Source: Octopus sinensis
Lineage: Eukaryota
DNA: 64,000 bases
Assembly: GCF_006345805.1 (NCBI RefSeq)
Contig: NC_043019.1
Location: 8,803,360 to 8,867,359, forward strand
Reading direction: 5' to 3'
The notes beneath the pieces are model-generated. The model saw nothing but the letters and a program-made list of their open reading frames with translations, was not told the DNA's origin and made no database searches. Of the stretch, positions 27,410 through 40,380 are shown piece by piece; positions within the stretch are counted from its first letter, which is position 1; the number at the start of each line of letters is the position of its first letter. Made by a program: the position numbers and the translations under genes.

Positions 27410-27950
27410 AACGCAGGATTTACCTTTAAAGTTTCTCCTTTTCTCAAGAATTGTTCTGTGCAGGTTGTGAAGGAAGAACCGCCTGTGTTTACGTTGTTGG
27501 TATTTGATTTAGAAAATCAATACACGTTTCAATATCCATTTTAGGATTCCTCTGTGAGAAATTATGATGGTATTCGAGCGAGAAAATATACATTTCTTTC
27601 TCTCATTCTTTCCCGTTTCCTCCGCAACTTCCCCCACCCCCACCCCCACCCACACTGGCATTCTTTCATTTCGAGCCCTCGATCTCTGAAAAGCTTGACA
27701 TTTCAAAGTATCTCATATTGTCTTTTGTCGTTGGATTTCACATTCAGAATCCTACGCTTTAAGAAAAAAGTTTGAATTTCGATTTTTCAGATGCGGATAG
27801 CAATTTATTTTTCTTTTAATTTAATTGAATTAAATTGTAAGTGCGCAGGGAAGAGTAAAATATCAAGAACACATGCGTATTCATCCATACACACACATAC
27901 ACAAACATATATATATATATATGGGTATATGAATACCTACACACACACAC

Positions 27951-28030
<80 letters not shown>

Positions 28031-28060
28031 CAGGTAGTAGGAGAAAGAAGGAGAGCGAGG

Positions 28061-28091
<31 letters not shown>

Positions 28092-28769
28092 TGATAAATG
28101 TATGTATTTATATGTGTAAGAGAAAGGAATTTAAAAGGTTATTGTAATATTCGGTTGGTAAATTGATTGTTACATATTTTCTATAAAGTTTAGAACTGCT
28201 CTGCAGTTATTTTAAAATGTTTAACTTTTGCAGAAGAAAGCTCGGAACAAAATACTTTAAAAATACCAGAATACTATTGTTAAATTAATGGGAAAATACA
28301 GAATTACACTCGGTAAGGAATTTCAAAAGACTAGAGCCACGTACCTGTACTGGCATGTACAAAATGTGTGTGAGTGTGTGTGCGTGTGTGCTTCTGGGCA
28401 TATATAAGCAATAGATGTACGTTATATGCCTCTTTAACTGTGATGTGTTTGCTAACCATGCCCACCCTGTAGGTTGTATATTGCCGGTGGCATCTCTAGC
28501 GTGATTTCATGCTTTGCTGAATATGGAAACATGTGTAACAGTTGAAGTAGAGATGTAGCAGAGTCAGTGTCCTTTTATTCGTGATGCTGTGCGCTCTTTT
28601 TTACATGATGAACACCCTCGGATACAAGCTGTGAATACAAACGAGTGTGGGAGTTTAACACGCTCAGAACCGGCACCTAAATGATCCTTTTGTAAGTGAA
28701 TTTGTGCGTGAGTGTGCGTGTGTTTATGGGCGTGTGTGTGTTTGCGTATTTGTGTGTGAGTTTATGTAT

Positions 28770-28860
<91 letters not shown>

Positions 28861-29013
28861 TAGTTAGACAGACAGACAGGTAGATAGATACATACATATA
28901 TGTATATATGTATCGTGTGTACGTGTGTGTGCCCAGGCATTATGATAACAGCTTGAAGAATGTGCTTGTTTTCCATCTCACAAAACTGAACGAAGCTTTG
29001 AGCAGGAGGAATT

Positions 29014-29290
29014 GATGTCAGGAGTTTCAACTCTGAGCCGTTACACCCTGAGATTGGCCAAATCCCTGCTCCTCATCTCCTCCTAGTTTCCAGATTACCT
29101 CCTCGCTCATGCTCCATAACCAGCAAAACGCTCTTTCAGCTGCCTCCTCCATCCTGTGCACGGTCACCCTTCACTCTTATCTTCTAATCCCGATGGCTGT
29201 ATGCATAGTGAATGTTCGGGATTTCCCTGCAGTCTGCCTCGACTGGGCAAAACCCATATCTGCCATTCCTTCCTCTGGCAACGCTGCATG
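29014..29290 (-). mobile_element. HERO-like non-LTR retrotransposon 3' end (restriction-like endonuclease C-terminus)
   Basis: The minus strand reads CQRKEWQIWVL / PVEADCREIP (cf. PVEVGCRGF) / RMEEAAERAFCWLWSMSEEVIW (cf. EAAE.AS.WLW..R...W). Confidence 0.7.
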
Positions 29291-29366
29291 TATGTGGGCA
29301 TATAGATTTACTTATATATATATTTTAGGATTAAATAAAAAAACAACAAAACATATAACGTACATG

Positions 29367-29401
<35 letters not shown>

Positions 29402-29755
29402 GTGTGTGTGTGTGTGTCTGTGTGTATAATTCCAAACCACGTGCAGTAAATAAACATAAGAATATATACTAAATAGACAGGCGAACCGAAAGCATCGAAG
29501 GTCAACAACTCCTTTTTAGTTACCGACAGAAGGGTCAAGTGCAATTTCGGCCATTATCGATAATATTGCTTACACTCTGGAGGCACCGGTGAGAAACTTG
29601 CCGGGAATGGGAGCAAAACAAAACGAGATGGGTAGGAAAGGGATGAAGGAGAACAAAACAATAAACAAAATAAAGGCTTAAGGCCACACGAAAACAACAC
29701 ATATACAGCAAAAAAAGGACTTAGGGGTTACAAGCCAAGACAAAAGTGGGTAACA

Positions 29756-29896
<141 letters not shown>

Positions 29897-30163
29897 TCAT
29901 ATATACATATATATTTTTATATATGTATGTATACATATATGCATGTGTGTGTGTGTCTAAAAATGTATACACTCGCACAGAGACAGATTTAAACATGTAA
30001 CTATGACAGCTGTAATGAAGTTCCTTTTCAAAAGATGATTTAAGGAAGAAATTGTCTGAAATTTAGTCGATTCCAATACAAGTTTACTTGATTCAAATTG
30101 GCAATACCTGTTTAAAAAATGCACCGAATGACTTTTAGATTTTTCTCTTCTTCCTTCTAGCCC

Positions 30164-30206
30164 ATGACTACTACTACTACCACCACTACTACTACTACTG
30201 CTGCTG

Positions 30207-30239
<33 letters not shown>

Positions 30240-30249
30240 AGACTACTAT

Positions 30250-30297
<48 letters not shown>

Positions 30298-30353
30298 CAC
30301 CAACAACAACAACACCAGCAGTGGCAGCAGCAACACCAGCAGCTGTAGCAATG

Positions 30354-30399
<46 letters not shown>

Positions 30400-30465
30400 A
30401 ATAACAGTAATACTATCATGAATAATGATGATAATAATAATGATAATAATAATAATAATAATGGA
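30164..30465. repeat. Compound trinucleotide tract (ACT/ACC)n-(AAC/AGC)n-(AGT)n-(AAT/GAT)n
   Basis: Direct reading. Confidence 0.95.
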
Positions 30466-30656
30466 TTTTTTTACATAAAAGTGTTGACTTCTTGCATAGA
30501 AAGTAATTAATAATAATTAAGAGAAAAAGTAAACCGAGAAGACGACGAGAGTCAGGTGAGGTCGTCTGATGGCGCTAATTATAGTTGGGAATTTTGAAAG
30601 AGCGCATGATTTATTAAATACTGGGCTGAGTAAGGAGAAAGTAGTTCTGGTACAAA

Positions 30657-30760
30657 TGGTGGTGGTGGTGGTGGTGGTGGTAGTGGTAGTGGTGGTGGTA
30701 GTGGTGGTGGTAGTGGTGGTGGTGGTGGTGGTGGTGGTGGTGGTGGTGGTGGTAGTGGTG
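30657..30760. repeat. (GGT/AGT)n tract
   Basis: Direct reading. Confidence 0.95.
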
Positions 30761-31100
30761 ATCGGTGTGCGCGTGTGTGTGTGTGTGTGAGGGCAAAGGG
30801 AATATGAAATAATTATGTTATGTTCCTGATTAACTTTTAAATCAAACCCCCACCTCGTCCCATTGAGGAGTTGTTCCAACGATTGTTTGTTTCCAATTAA
30901 ATGCGAGCCAAGCTCCAACTCGAAGCTTCGAAATATTAGTTTCTGGCAAACTAAATGTCTTTAAGGGAGCCTATATGTAGTCACACGACCTGCAAGAAAT
31001 AGAAGCCAAATCTTCGAAATCCTTCTTTAATTATCATCTTTAAAACTACAACGTATAAGTGCATGATTTAGATAATGTAGACATATTTACCGACTTCACT

Positions 31101-31455
31101 CTCACTGCCTGGTCCACTCGGCTAGTGTTTTTTAATATCACCTCGGGCCAATCAATGCCATGTGAGTACCTTTAGTAGACGGAAACTGAAAGAATCCCTT
31201 TGATTATATATATATATGTGTGTGTGCGTCTTTTTCTTTGTATTTGTCCCCTTCCACCGTTCGACAATTGTTTTTGGTGTGTTTATGTCCCAGTAACTTA
31301 GCGGTTCGGCCAAAAGCGTCCTCTGGAATAAGTACCACATTAGAAAAAAAAAACAATATGTACAGGGGTCGGTACATTCGACTAAAATTCTCCAAGCCGG
31401 TGCCCCAGCATGGCCGCAGTTGAATGACTGAAATAATTAAAAGATAAACGAAATA
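31101..31455 (+). mobile_element. SINE family A, 5'-truncated, diverged
   Basis: GTAGACGGAAACTGAAAGAATCC, (TA)(TG) tract, GTAACTTAGCGGTTCGGC, CCCAGCATGGCCGCAGTTGAATGACTGAAA. Confidence 0.85.
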
Positions 31456-33253
31456 AGTCTCGGGTCTTTGGATGAAACTTCAGACATGTTTCAACTTGAG
31501 AATTCGACAAAAATTCCTGTAAACTATGTTGGCAGCGCTAAAGTTACGTACAATAATCTCCGTTCTTTTCAATGGCGCTGTTTTACATACAAACTTCTGA
31601 AGACTAAGTTTCAGCACAGAACATTTTCTCCCACCTTGCTGTTAACTCAAACAACTGATACTTTGAAAAATTACAAATGACTTATTAAAGAACCAAACTA
31701 ACAAAGTCGTTCCAACCATAGCCATCCTGATTGTTTTTCAGATGTAGCGTATGCAGAACTACATTCAAATAATTTGAGGTGCGTTTCATTTTTAGATATT
31801 GCATATCTCATTTTCATAGCAATTTAAGCGGACTTTATAAAAATTGAAGTGGCTACGATTAAATGTCAAACTGCGATTATTCTCTCGTTGTCTTCTGCAA
31901 ATAGCAATAAAGCTATGAGGCATCGGAAGGAGGTTTTTCGTCAACCACAAAGTCAGATTAGAGTTAATGGATAGTCACGCGGTCTTTTAGGAAATTTCTC
32001 ACTGGTTATAAATTTCGTTACTGGTCCCGTTCAGAATGTGAATGCTAGTCTTCAATTTAAATATTTCCTGAGATCGCAAGAAATTTCCGGCCGCAAATAA
32101 TATTACGGTTGCACACTTCTTATATTGGCCCAAGATTTGTTTTTTGTTAAAACGTCCAAATGTTACTTGAAGAAAATATTTAGGCAATCTCTTTAATCAG
32201 AATAAAACAATAAATTATATATGCACTTAAAAGGCACGAGAAAAACTAGAAAAATATGAAATATGATTAGTAATTATGTAAGAAAGTTAATGTTATAGGT
32301 ACCCTTATAAAATATGTACACTAAATATGTAAGAAAGGAATAGGAACTTTATAGGCCCCCGGGTAAATCAATAGACCAGGTCTTAGAGTATTTATTTCTT
32401 GACAGCAAGCCACAGCAGACATTGATCAGTATTGAGTCCCTAAGACACATGTGGCACCTTGGTAACTGTCCAGTGAACACATGTCTTAAGAGGGCGGAAA
32501 AGAAAAGGGGGAAATACTACATTATAGGGAAGTACACCACTATTAAAGACAAAAGAGTTTCTTTAAGAAGTATTTTCGGTTCTAATGGTAATTTTAGAAG
32601 GATATTTCCTTGTAAAACAATGTAGGAGGATATTACAATTAGAAAGGTATTTCCTTTGCAGAACTATAGATAGCCAATGAGTAGCAATGGTAATAAATAC
32701 AAGTATATATATATATGTATATAGCTCAAGTATATATTTAGCTCGATGTAAATCGGAGTGAAAACATCACGAGGAGAGCAAACACACCAGTATTGATGAT
32801 AACGATTGTTTATATAACGATTCTGTGTAATAATATTCCCACATCAATGATGTTATTTTTATGTTTATAAAGCAGAACATATATTTGTAAGATATAAGGA
32901 ATAGCGTTAGGCGGTGGAGAGAACGCGTGAATATATGTGTGTGGGAATGTTTGAGTACGTATGTGTGTGTGTGTGTGCGTGTGTGTGCGAGGGGTTTATG
33001 GATGTATGGATTATATGAAGAAAAGAATCCAGTGGTCGTTGACTCCGGCTGACTGTTAGCGATCAACAAAACTGCCAAGTATTGAGTGGTCCTTCAGCTG
33101 GTGCTTCGCTTTACATATATATACATAAACACACTTACATACATATATACATACATATATACACATAAATATATACATATATACATGTATATATATATAT
33201 AATATATATATATATATATAAACACAGTCAGACGCACACACATACATAGCTAT

Positions 33254-33309
<56 letters not shown>

Positions 33310-33329
33310 TGCCTTCCTCTTGCCTTTCC

Positions 33330-33500
33330 CTCTTTTTTCCCTCTTTTAGATCCACAAATTCTTTTAATTCTCTCTCTGTATATTTTCTGTGATTCCATTC
33401 TGTTGACGAGCGTAGTCTCGAAGCGTAAAATACTTTCTCAATTTCCCGAGTGTAAAACTAATACACCTGCTTGTTTTTCAAATACATGTCTATTGTTGTT
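33330..33500 (+). mobile_element. Penelope-like terminal remnant, second copy with a hammerhead-like motif (33395-33431)
   Basis: CTGTTGACGAGCGTAGTCTCGAAGCGTAAAATACTTTCTCAATTTCCCGAGTGTAAAACTAATACACCTGCTTG is homologous to 8282-8370. Confidence 0.6.
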
Positions 33501-33514
33501 CGATGGCGTATGTA

Positions 33515-33685
33515 TTGCGCCACCTGGACGGGACGCCAGTCCCTCGCAAGATTAAACATTTTCGGTAGCTGCGTGGTCAGGTGCAACGTGAAATGAAGTG
33601 CTTTGCTCAATAACACAACAGGTCACCTGTTCCAAGAATCGAAACCACAATCTTACGATCAACACCCTAACCACTAAGCCACTCT
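33515..33685 (-). mobile_element. SINE family C (tRNA head plus V-domain-like core)
   Basis: The reverse complement reads GTGGCTTAGTGGTTAGGGTG..GTGGTTTCGATTC..TTGAGCAAAGCACTTCATTTCACGTTGCACC. Confidence 0.75.
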
Positions 33686-33798
33686 CTTCCACTATAATAT
33701 AGACATCCTTCATCATTTTATTGTTTTCTCTTCTCTTCTCTACCTCCTAACCTTTTCTCCTATCGGCGTTATTATGTCAAATATATATATAAACATAT

Positions 33799-33848
<50 letters not shown>

Positions 33849-33940
33849 ATATATATACATACATACATACGTATGTACAAATACACACACACGCACACTC
33901 CTACACACACACACACAGATAGATAGATAGATAGATAGAT

Positions 33941-34012
<72 letters not shown>

Positions 34013-35341
34013 GCTGTAAACATGATTTTCTCCTAAATTTCTCTCCTCTGGAAACTCATGGCGTAGCACCAAGATTTTCATAATTGTTCGTAAATTTTCA
34101 TAAAACCTTTTGTGAATGACACTCGTTTAAGATTAAGAAGCAATTTTCTAAGTACCTGTGTGTATTTATGATGATGTGTGTACATATGTGTGTATGTCTG
34201 TGTGTTCCTGAATCTGTGTGTGTATATTATATACATGCAAATGTATATGGATACAAATATATACATATAAATCTCTATATTTGTACCTATGTGTGCTTTT
34301 GTAAATCTGCATTTTAATATGTGTGTGTTTATGTGTGTATGTATGCATGTACGTACGTACGTACGTACGTATGTAGGTATATATGTATGCATGAATGAAC
34401 AATATATACATATTTCAATTCACATAATAAAATTCCGAATGAGCAGTTGGAAAGTGTTCATTGAATGTTTAATGAACAAATTTATTTCCTTACTGAAATT
34501 TCTAAACTTGATAAAAGACCCAAAGTTAGATTTGAAATGGTTAATTAACTAATTGTGTACGATTAATATAATTGTTAGATGAATATGTACGGGAGGGGTG
34601 CAACATGTTAAAGTACCGCTCGCTTAGCAAATGCATATTAAAAATCCCGAAATCCATGAAATCTCTAAAATATCAAAACAAATGTCCTTTCTTAGCTATT
34701 TCCTCGAAATAGAGAAATGAATATTATATTTAAGATGTTCGGTTCCAGATTACGTAATTTGGGGCTTGCAGCTCTTTCTACCGAAACTTATCCAACTGTT
34801 TTCTTAAAATTCTCAGATTGGGTGCTTTTCGAGGTTTGGCGAAAATTGTATGAAAGTTTCTTAAAAAACGAAGACTCCTTTGAGCCTGTTTTTGGATGGT
34901 AAACTTCGGCCTTCGTCCGGTGTAATACAAGCTGTCTTCCCCAGACACTGTGGTCCATGATGCTTTCAATTCACGCTCCTCTCTGAAAAAACTTCTAGCT
35001 ATGCGTCAGGTTTCGAGGCAATTTCTCCTTTCTCGACGTATCCCGAATGATGTGACCGAATGATGCACTCGCACAAATGTCTAAATATAAAAAAGAAAAA
35101 CAGAAAACCAATTAGCTACATTTTTAATTAACTGATTTTCTAAGCTAGACTCGTCAGAGCAGCGTAGGTGGGTCGTTGAGGAATAAACAGTATTCGAACT
35201 CGAAAATAAGAGTTTAACGATTATAAAAGCCAAACAAAATATGTATAAAAGGACTGGTTTGACACGGTGGGAACGTATTTGAGTCAAATGTCACTTCACT
35301 GAGAGCTGAATAGCAGTAAAGCATCAGGAACGATGGCGAAT

Positions 35342-35680
35342 GGGTGGCTGTGTGGTAAGAAGCTTGCTTCCGGTTAATGGTTGTTCAGTTGCATTGATGG
35401 ATTTGTTTGGTACACACCTATGTTTTGGCTCTCTTGGTGGAGCGACGTTTTACCTATTGTGTAATGGAGGGGCGTCGCGCGAGAAGTTGGGAGTAGTTGA
35501 GGTATTGTTCCTTAGAATGTGATTCGTCTGAGGAGGAATTAGTTGTATGGAAAAAGAGATTGATTGGATATGCACCAGGCTAAATATATGTCCTACGATC
35601 GATTCATTCGACTAAAATTCTTCAAGGATTTGCTCCAGCTTGGCCGCAGTCAAATGACAGAAACAAATGAAGATGACAGA
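35342..35680 (+). mobile_element. SINE family A variant (head and 3' end recognisable, middle diverged)
   Basis: GTGGCTGTGTGGTAAGAAGCTTGCTTCC .. TTCGACTAAAATTCTTCAAGG..CTCCAGCTTGGCCGCAGTCAAATGACAGAAAC. Confidence 0.7.
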
Positions 35681-36189
35681 TGAGATAAAGACAATTGCCA
35701 AAAGAGACACATTTGATAATAAATTTCTTCATACAACGCAACAATTAAAACGAGGCGGGAGGTTTGGTTGTTTAAAGCTTTTGTGGCTGGTATAGACTTA
35801 CCTAGGGCTACAAACGTAAAAGATAGAGAACATGAGAGAATTTATTTCGAAGGAAACTGTGTCTTTTATATAAGCAGATAGTCACGGCTGGGACGCTTTT
35901 GATCAATATGTATGCTAGATTAAAGCTGAACAGCAGCTACTCTACAACAGCAACAGCAACAACAACAGCAACAACAGCAGTAATAACAAGAACAACAGTC
36001 TTTCCTGCCATACGCGGCCGCCATTTTCTACGACGAACGGAATGGTTGTGTTAGAAGTGTGTACAGGTTAATTTAGAAATGCTAGTCTGTTGTGAAAATG
36101 GCGAGAGTGGTGGTGAGAACGGGGTGGAACGGGGTGGAGAGACGCAATTTCATTTCAATATTGGTAGTTATTGTTAATTATTGTCTCAT

Positions 36190-36480
36190 GGGAGAGACAG
36201 AGAGCGAGAGAGAGAAAGAGAGTAGAGGAAGAGAGAGGCAGCGAGAGGTACCGAGAGAGACAGAGTGGAAGAGAAAGCAAGAATGAGAGATAAACAAAGA
36301 CAGAGAGAGAGAGAGACAGAGAGACAAGGTGGAAGAGAAAGAAGGAGAGAGAGAGACAAAGAGAGAGAGAAAGAGAGAGAGGGGGGCAGAGAGACAGGGT
36401 GGAAGAGAAAGAAGGAGAGAGAGAGAGACAAACACAGACACAGACAGAGAGAGAGAGAGACAGACAGAAAGAGAGAGAGG
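36190..36480. repeat. GA-rich minisatellite, 3-4 units containing GAGAGACAG(A/G)GTGGAAGAGAAAG
   Basis: The unit motif recurs at about 36255, 36315 and 36390. Confidence 0.85.
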
Positions 36481-36861
36481 TTAGTTTGAAATGAATAAAC
36501 GAACTGAAATGAATGGTAACCAATTAAAGAATTTCAGGAAAATTAGTGCTTGGAGCTTGAGTGTAATATTTAGAACTGTTAAAAGCCACCATTGAGAGAA
36601 TAATTCAAAGTTATTAAGCCAAAGGAACAAAGTGAATGACCCTACCCCCCACCTCTTACTTACTTCGCCTCCTCCTCCCTCGCTTCCCTCTCTAATTTTT
36701 ACCGCATTCTACCAGTTTGCTGTGTGACAAAGACGGAGAATGTTAATAAGTACATCGTTAAAGATGGCGACTTGTGTAAACTGATCAATCAGAAAACACC
36801 ATTAGGGGATAAATAACGTTGATGGAGAGGAGGAGAAGTAAGAGGATGCGAAGGGAAGGAG

Positions 36862-36916
<55 letters not shown>

Positions 36917-37444
36917 CGAAGAAGAGGAATTGGGTATAATGATATCGGGGGTTCTAGTTGCAAGGCCAGCAGTTTGAAGAAGACGAGTTAGACTGTTACA
37001 TGTGGTTCAGTATTCAAAGAGTCCCTAATTATTTTTATTATTATATCGGCCCCTGAGGCATGGAAGGTAAGTTTGACGCCGACAGGTTTTGAACAAAGAA
37101 TCAAAAGAACCGAACCAAAATCCGAAGGCCTGTTTTACTGACGCGCAAAAGATTTGGTCTATAATTTCTAATATAGGCAAACGGCTCAGAATATTGGAGG
37201 ATGTGAATACCTTAACAGATCGAACCAAATATATGAGTGCAACTTTGTTTCGTCAACGCTAAAGAGAAGGAATTACAGAATTGATTTCGGGAAGAACTGA
37301 ACCCCAAACATAAGGAAACCGAAGTCAATTCTACAAATTATTTTCTACAATAATTTTTTAAAATATTCTATTTAAAGCAAAGTTTACATCGATGAGATTT
37401 GAACACAAAACCTAAAGATTCACTCATAAAACAACAAATTTGAT

Positions 37445-37660
37445 AATATTGGTCTCACATTTTGGCACAAAGCCAACAAATTAGGGGCGACAGGCCGAGT
37501 CGATTTCATCAACCCAACCGCTCATCTGGTACATATTTTATCGATACCCAATGAATGGAAGGTAAAGTCGACTACGGTAGAATCTGAACGCACAACACAA
37601 AGGCGGACGAAACGTTTCTAAGCGGTTTGTCCGGTAATTTGGTGATAGTGGCTGAGTTGC
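37445..37660 (-). mobile_element. SINE family B (tail type 2), diverged
   Basis: GAGTCGATTTCATCAACCC..GGTACATATTTTATCGA..GGTAAAGTCGACTACGGTAGAATCTGAAC. Confidence 0.75.
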
Positions 37661-37763
37661 TATGTTTTCGACGATGTTAAGAGCAATTATAATGACGTGC
37701 AAACCCCTCAAAGACGCAAGGTGGAGGTTTTTTAAGACAATGTTATTCTATGTTTTTTTTTGT

Positions 37764-38770
37764 GGTGGCATTGTTGGTGTTGGAGGCATTGATGGCGCTG
37801 GAGGTAGTTGTGGCGGTGGTGGTGGTGGTGGTGGTGGTAGTTGTGGCGGCGGCGGTGGTGGTGGTGGTAGTGGTGGCGGCGGTGGTGGTGGTAGCGGTTG
37901 CATTAGTGCCACTGGTGATAATGTCGTTGCTGTAGCTGAGCCGGTATTTGCGGTGGTAGTTGTGGTGCAGTTGATTCTCTGGTGATTATAGTAGTAGCGT
38001 AGAGGTAGTAGTAGAGCAGTGGTAGTTTTGTTGACGTTAACGATGTTTGTGGTAGTATTGTTGGGGTTGTAGTGGTAGTCGTGGTTGGAGTTGAAAGTAC
38101 GTCCAGTGGTGATGGTGGTGGTGGTGGGCAATGGTAGTGATAGTGGATAGTGTTGGTAGCAGTTCTGTCGCAGTGGGAACCGTATTGGAGTTGGATGTAA
38201 AAGTAGTGGTGGTTTTGGTGGTGGTGATGGTTGTGGTGGTGGTGTGGAAGGGTAGTAGTGTTACTGAAACTTTGGCGTAGTGAGAGTGGTAGAGTTTTAG
38301 AGGTACTTGTGGAGGTGGAGAGTGTTGGTGTTGGTGTTGGTGGAAGTGGCGGTGATGGTAGTCGTGGTGGTGGGTTTTGCTGGTTGGTGACAGTGCTGGT
38401 GGTAGCAGTGGTGGTGGTGGTGGTGGTGGTGGTGGTGGGTTTTACTGGTGATGTTGGTGGGGGTGGCTGTGCTGGTTGTGGTGGGTTTTTCTGGTGATAG
38501 TGCTGGTGGCAGTAGTGGTGGTGGTGGTTGTGGTGGTAATGGAGGGGGTGATGGTGGTAGTGGTGGTGGTGTTTTTTCTGGTGCTGGTGCTGGTGGCTGC
38601 GGTGGTAGTTATGGAGGTGCTTGTGGCATTAGTGGTGGTGCTGGTGGTGGTGGTTGTGGTGGTGATGGTGGTGGTGATAGTATTAGTTGAGTGCTAACGG
38701 TGTTGACCCTACTACTGGTTGTGGTAGCAAAAGCAGTAGCGTGGTAAGTAGCGTCAGTAATGGTAGCTGA
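37764..38770. repeat. ~1-kb degenerate (GGT)n-rich tract with a repeated GGTGGGTTTTNCTGGTG sub-unit
   Basis: Direct reading; the sub-unit occurs about 4 times between 38367 and 38600. Confidence 0.9.
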
Positions 38771-39202
38771 TGGTTGGACATGTAGTATCAGCTCTAATTG
38801 ACTTGATTACTGCTATTCAAAAATCCGGTCATTATTTCCTATGGTTGTGCAATGGTTAATTATAAAACTAACAACTAATAAGATTAATTAGTGGAATAAT
38901 GGACTCTGATTTTGGCGGAAGAACACAAGATTTAGTGGCATTGGGAAGAGGCTGGGTAGTGGTGTGGAGAGGCTGGCAGTGGATTCAGTTGGCGAGAATA
39001 TTTCACTGGGCCATATTTTATCGACCATCACCAAAAGGATGAAAGACATTATCGAACTTTGAGGAGTTTGATCACAGAACAACTAACGATTGTAATGAAT
39101 TCATAAATATTCATAGGAAAAAAAAAATTACTCTGAGCTGAATTGCAGTAAGGGGTCATTTAAGTGACGTTTCGAAGGTTTGTCCTTATTCACGAAGGGA
39201 AG

Positions 39203-39235
<33 letters not shown>

Positions 39236-39375
39236 TATAATTGAGGATATTTCTGCTGCTGTAGTTTCTTTGGGTCTTAGATTTTCCCTGTTATGGTTAA
39301 ACGTGTTTCTACACACTCCCATACAACCACTTTTAGTTGATGGTCAAGATTTCCGTGTCACATAACGACCAGGGT

Positions 39376-39599
39376 TTAACCCTTCAGCATTTAAAAAGGG
39401 CCATATGTGGCCCTAATATTCTACCTGTTTTATTTTCAAATTCGCCAGTTTCAGTCTCTCTCTTCTACCCAGCAATGTCGTTCTAAAAACGAATAATCAC
39501 ATCTTCAAAATCTTAAGCTACAAAATAATGAAAGATTGATTTTAATGTAAATAAACAAGCGTTACATTTGATAAATTAATTTGAAAGCTGAAGGGTTTG
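39376..39599. mobile_element. piggyBac-like MITE
   Basis: Left end TTAA-CCCTTCAGC (39376-39388) and right end GCTGAAGGG-TTTG (39587-39599): a 9-bp perfect TIR with a TTAA site on the left and a decayed site on the right. Confidence 0.7.
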
Positions 39600-39669
39600 A
39601 AGGAGAAAGAAAGTTATGTCATGTTCCTGGCCGACATTTCCGTCTTGAATTTCTGGGACATCAAAGTAT

Positions 39670-39877
39670 CGTTTATCTTTTATCTCTTTCAGTCAGTGGA
39701 CTGCGGCCATCCTGGGGCACTGCTTTAAAGAGATTTAGTCGAACGAATCGACATAGGTACTTTTAAAGCTTGGTATTTATTCTATCGGTTCTTTTGCTTG
39801 TTTGCTAAGCTACGGGGACGTAACAAAACAGCACCGGTCGTCAAGCGGTGCTGAACATACAGACACACACACACACA
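39670..39877 (-). mobile_element. SINE family A, 3' half
   Basis: TTTCAGTCAGTGGACTGCGGCCATCCTGGGGCACTG..CTAAGCTACGGGGACGTAAC..GTCAAGCGGTG, ending at the (CA)n tract. Confidence 0.85.
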
Positions 39878-40020
39878 TTAACACACGATCACACATATAA
39901 TAAGATATGGAGGTGAAAATACAAATAAAATAAATCAAAATTAATTAGAATTCAATTACATTTTCAAATATAGGAATATACTTTATCGGTTTCACAATAG
40001 ATTTTCAAAATTGTATAGAA

Positions 40021-40380
40021 TATAGAGCTGTGTCACGAAATATGTCTATTCTAGTCATTGATATTTTATTTGGAAAGTAGTTTATTTTGAAAGTAAGTAT
40101 GTGGCGGAGAACGCTAGCCATTAACGTAGAAATTGATTGGCCAAATTCGTGTTTTACGCTCATGTAGCACGGTAAGATTACATCAACGAATATGTATTAG
40201 CAAATTTTTCATTAAAAAAACATTGAGAGGGAAAAGTGTGTTTGAACAGAAATATGGTAAGAAATGAGTTAAGAAGAAAATTGAATACTTTAGATAGGCC
40301 CTATATTCAGTGAGGCCATAGGTAAGAATGACTTTTGAATGACGGACATTTCAAACATTTGTGTAATTCTTCACACTCTG
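40021..40380 (+). mobile_element. Possible Tc1/mariner-derived remnant
   Basis: Begins TATAGAGCTGTGTCACGAAA (TIR-like) and contains AATGACGGACATTTCAAACATTTG, read as NDGHFKHL (cf. Tc1-like C-terminal GGHFEHL). Weak support. Confidence 0.3.

Noticed and set aside
27464-27499. Possible 36-nt exon TGCAG|VVKEEPPVFTLL|GTATTT
   Set aside because: The acceptor is plausible, but the donor is weak, there is no partner exon and the protein is not recognised.
26673-27544. Poly-Pro, poly-Thr and poly-Val ORFs of 221-284 aa
   Set aside because: Three overlapping frames are open only because of the trinucleotide tract. There are no flanking domains or convincing splice sites into the tract.
35120-35165. 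Minus-strand CTGACGAG-TCTAG-CTTAGAAA as a hammerhead
   Set aside because: Stem II is at most 1 bp and there is no stem III/UH site.
37662-38697. Gly-rich loricrin/shematrin-like ORFs
   Set aside because: The repeated GGTGGGTTTT unit shifts frame at each copy, so no coherent Gly-rich protein is maintained. It behaves as a minisatellite.
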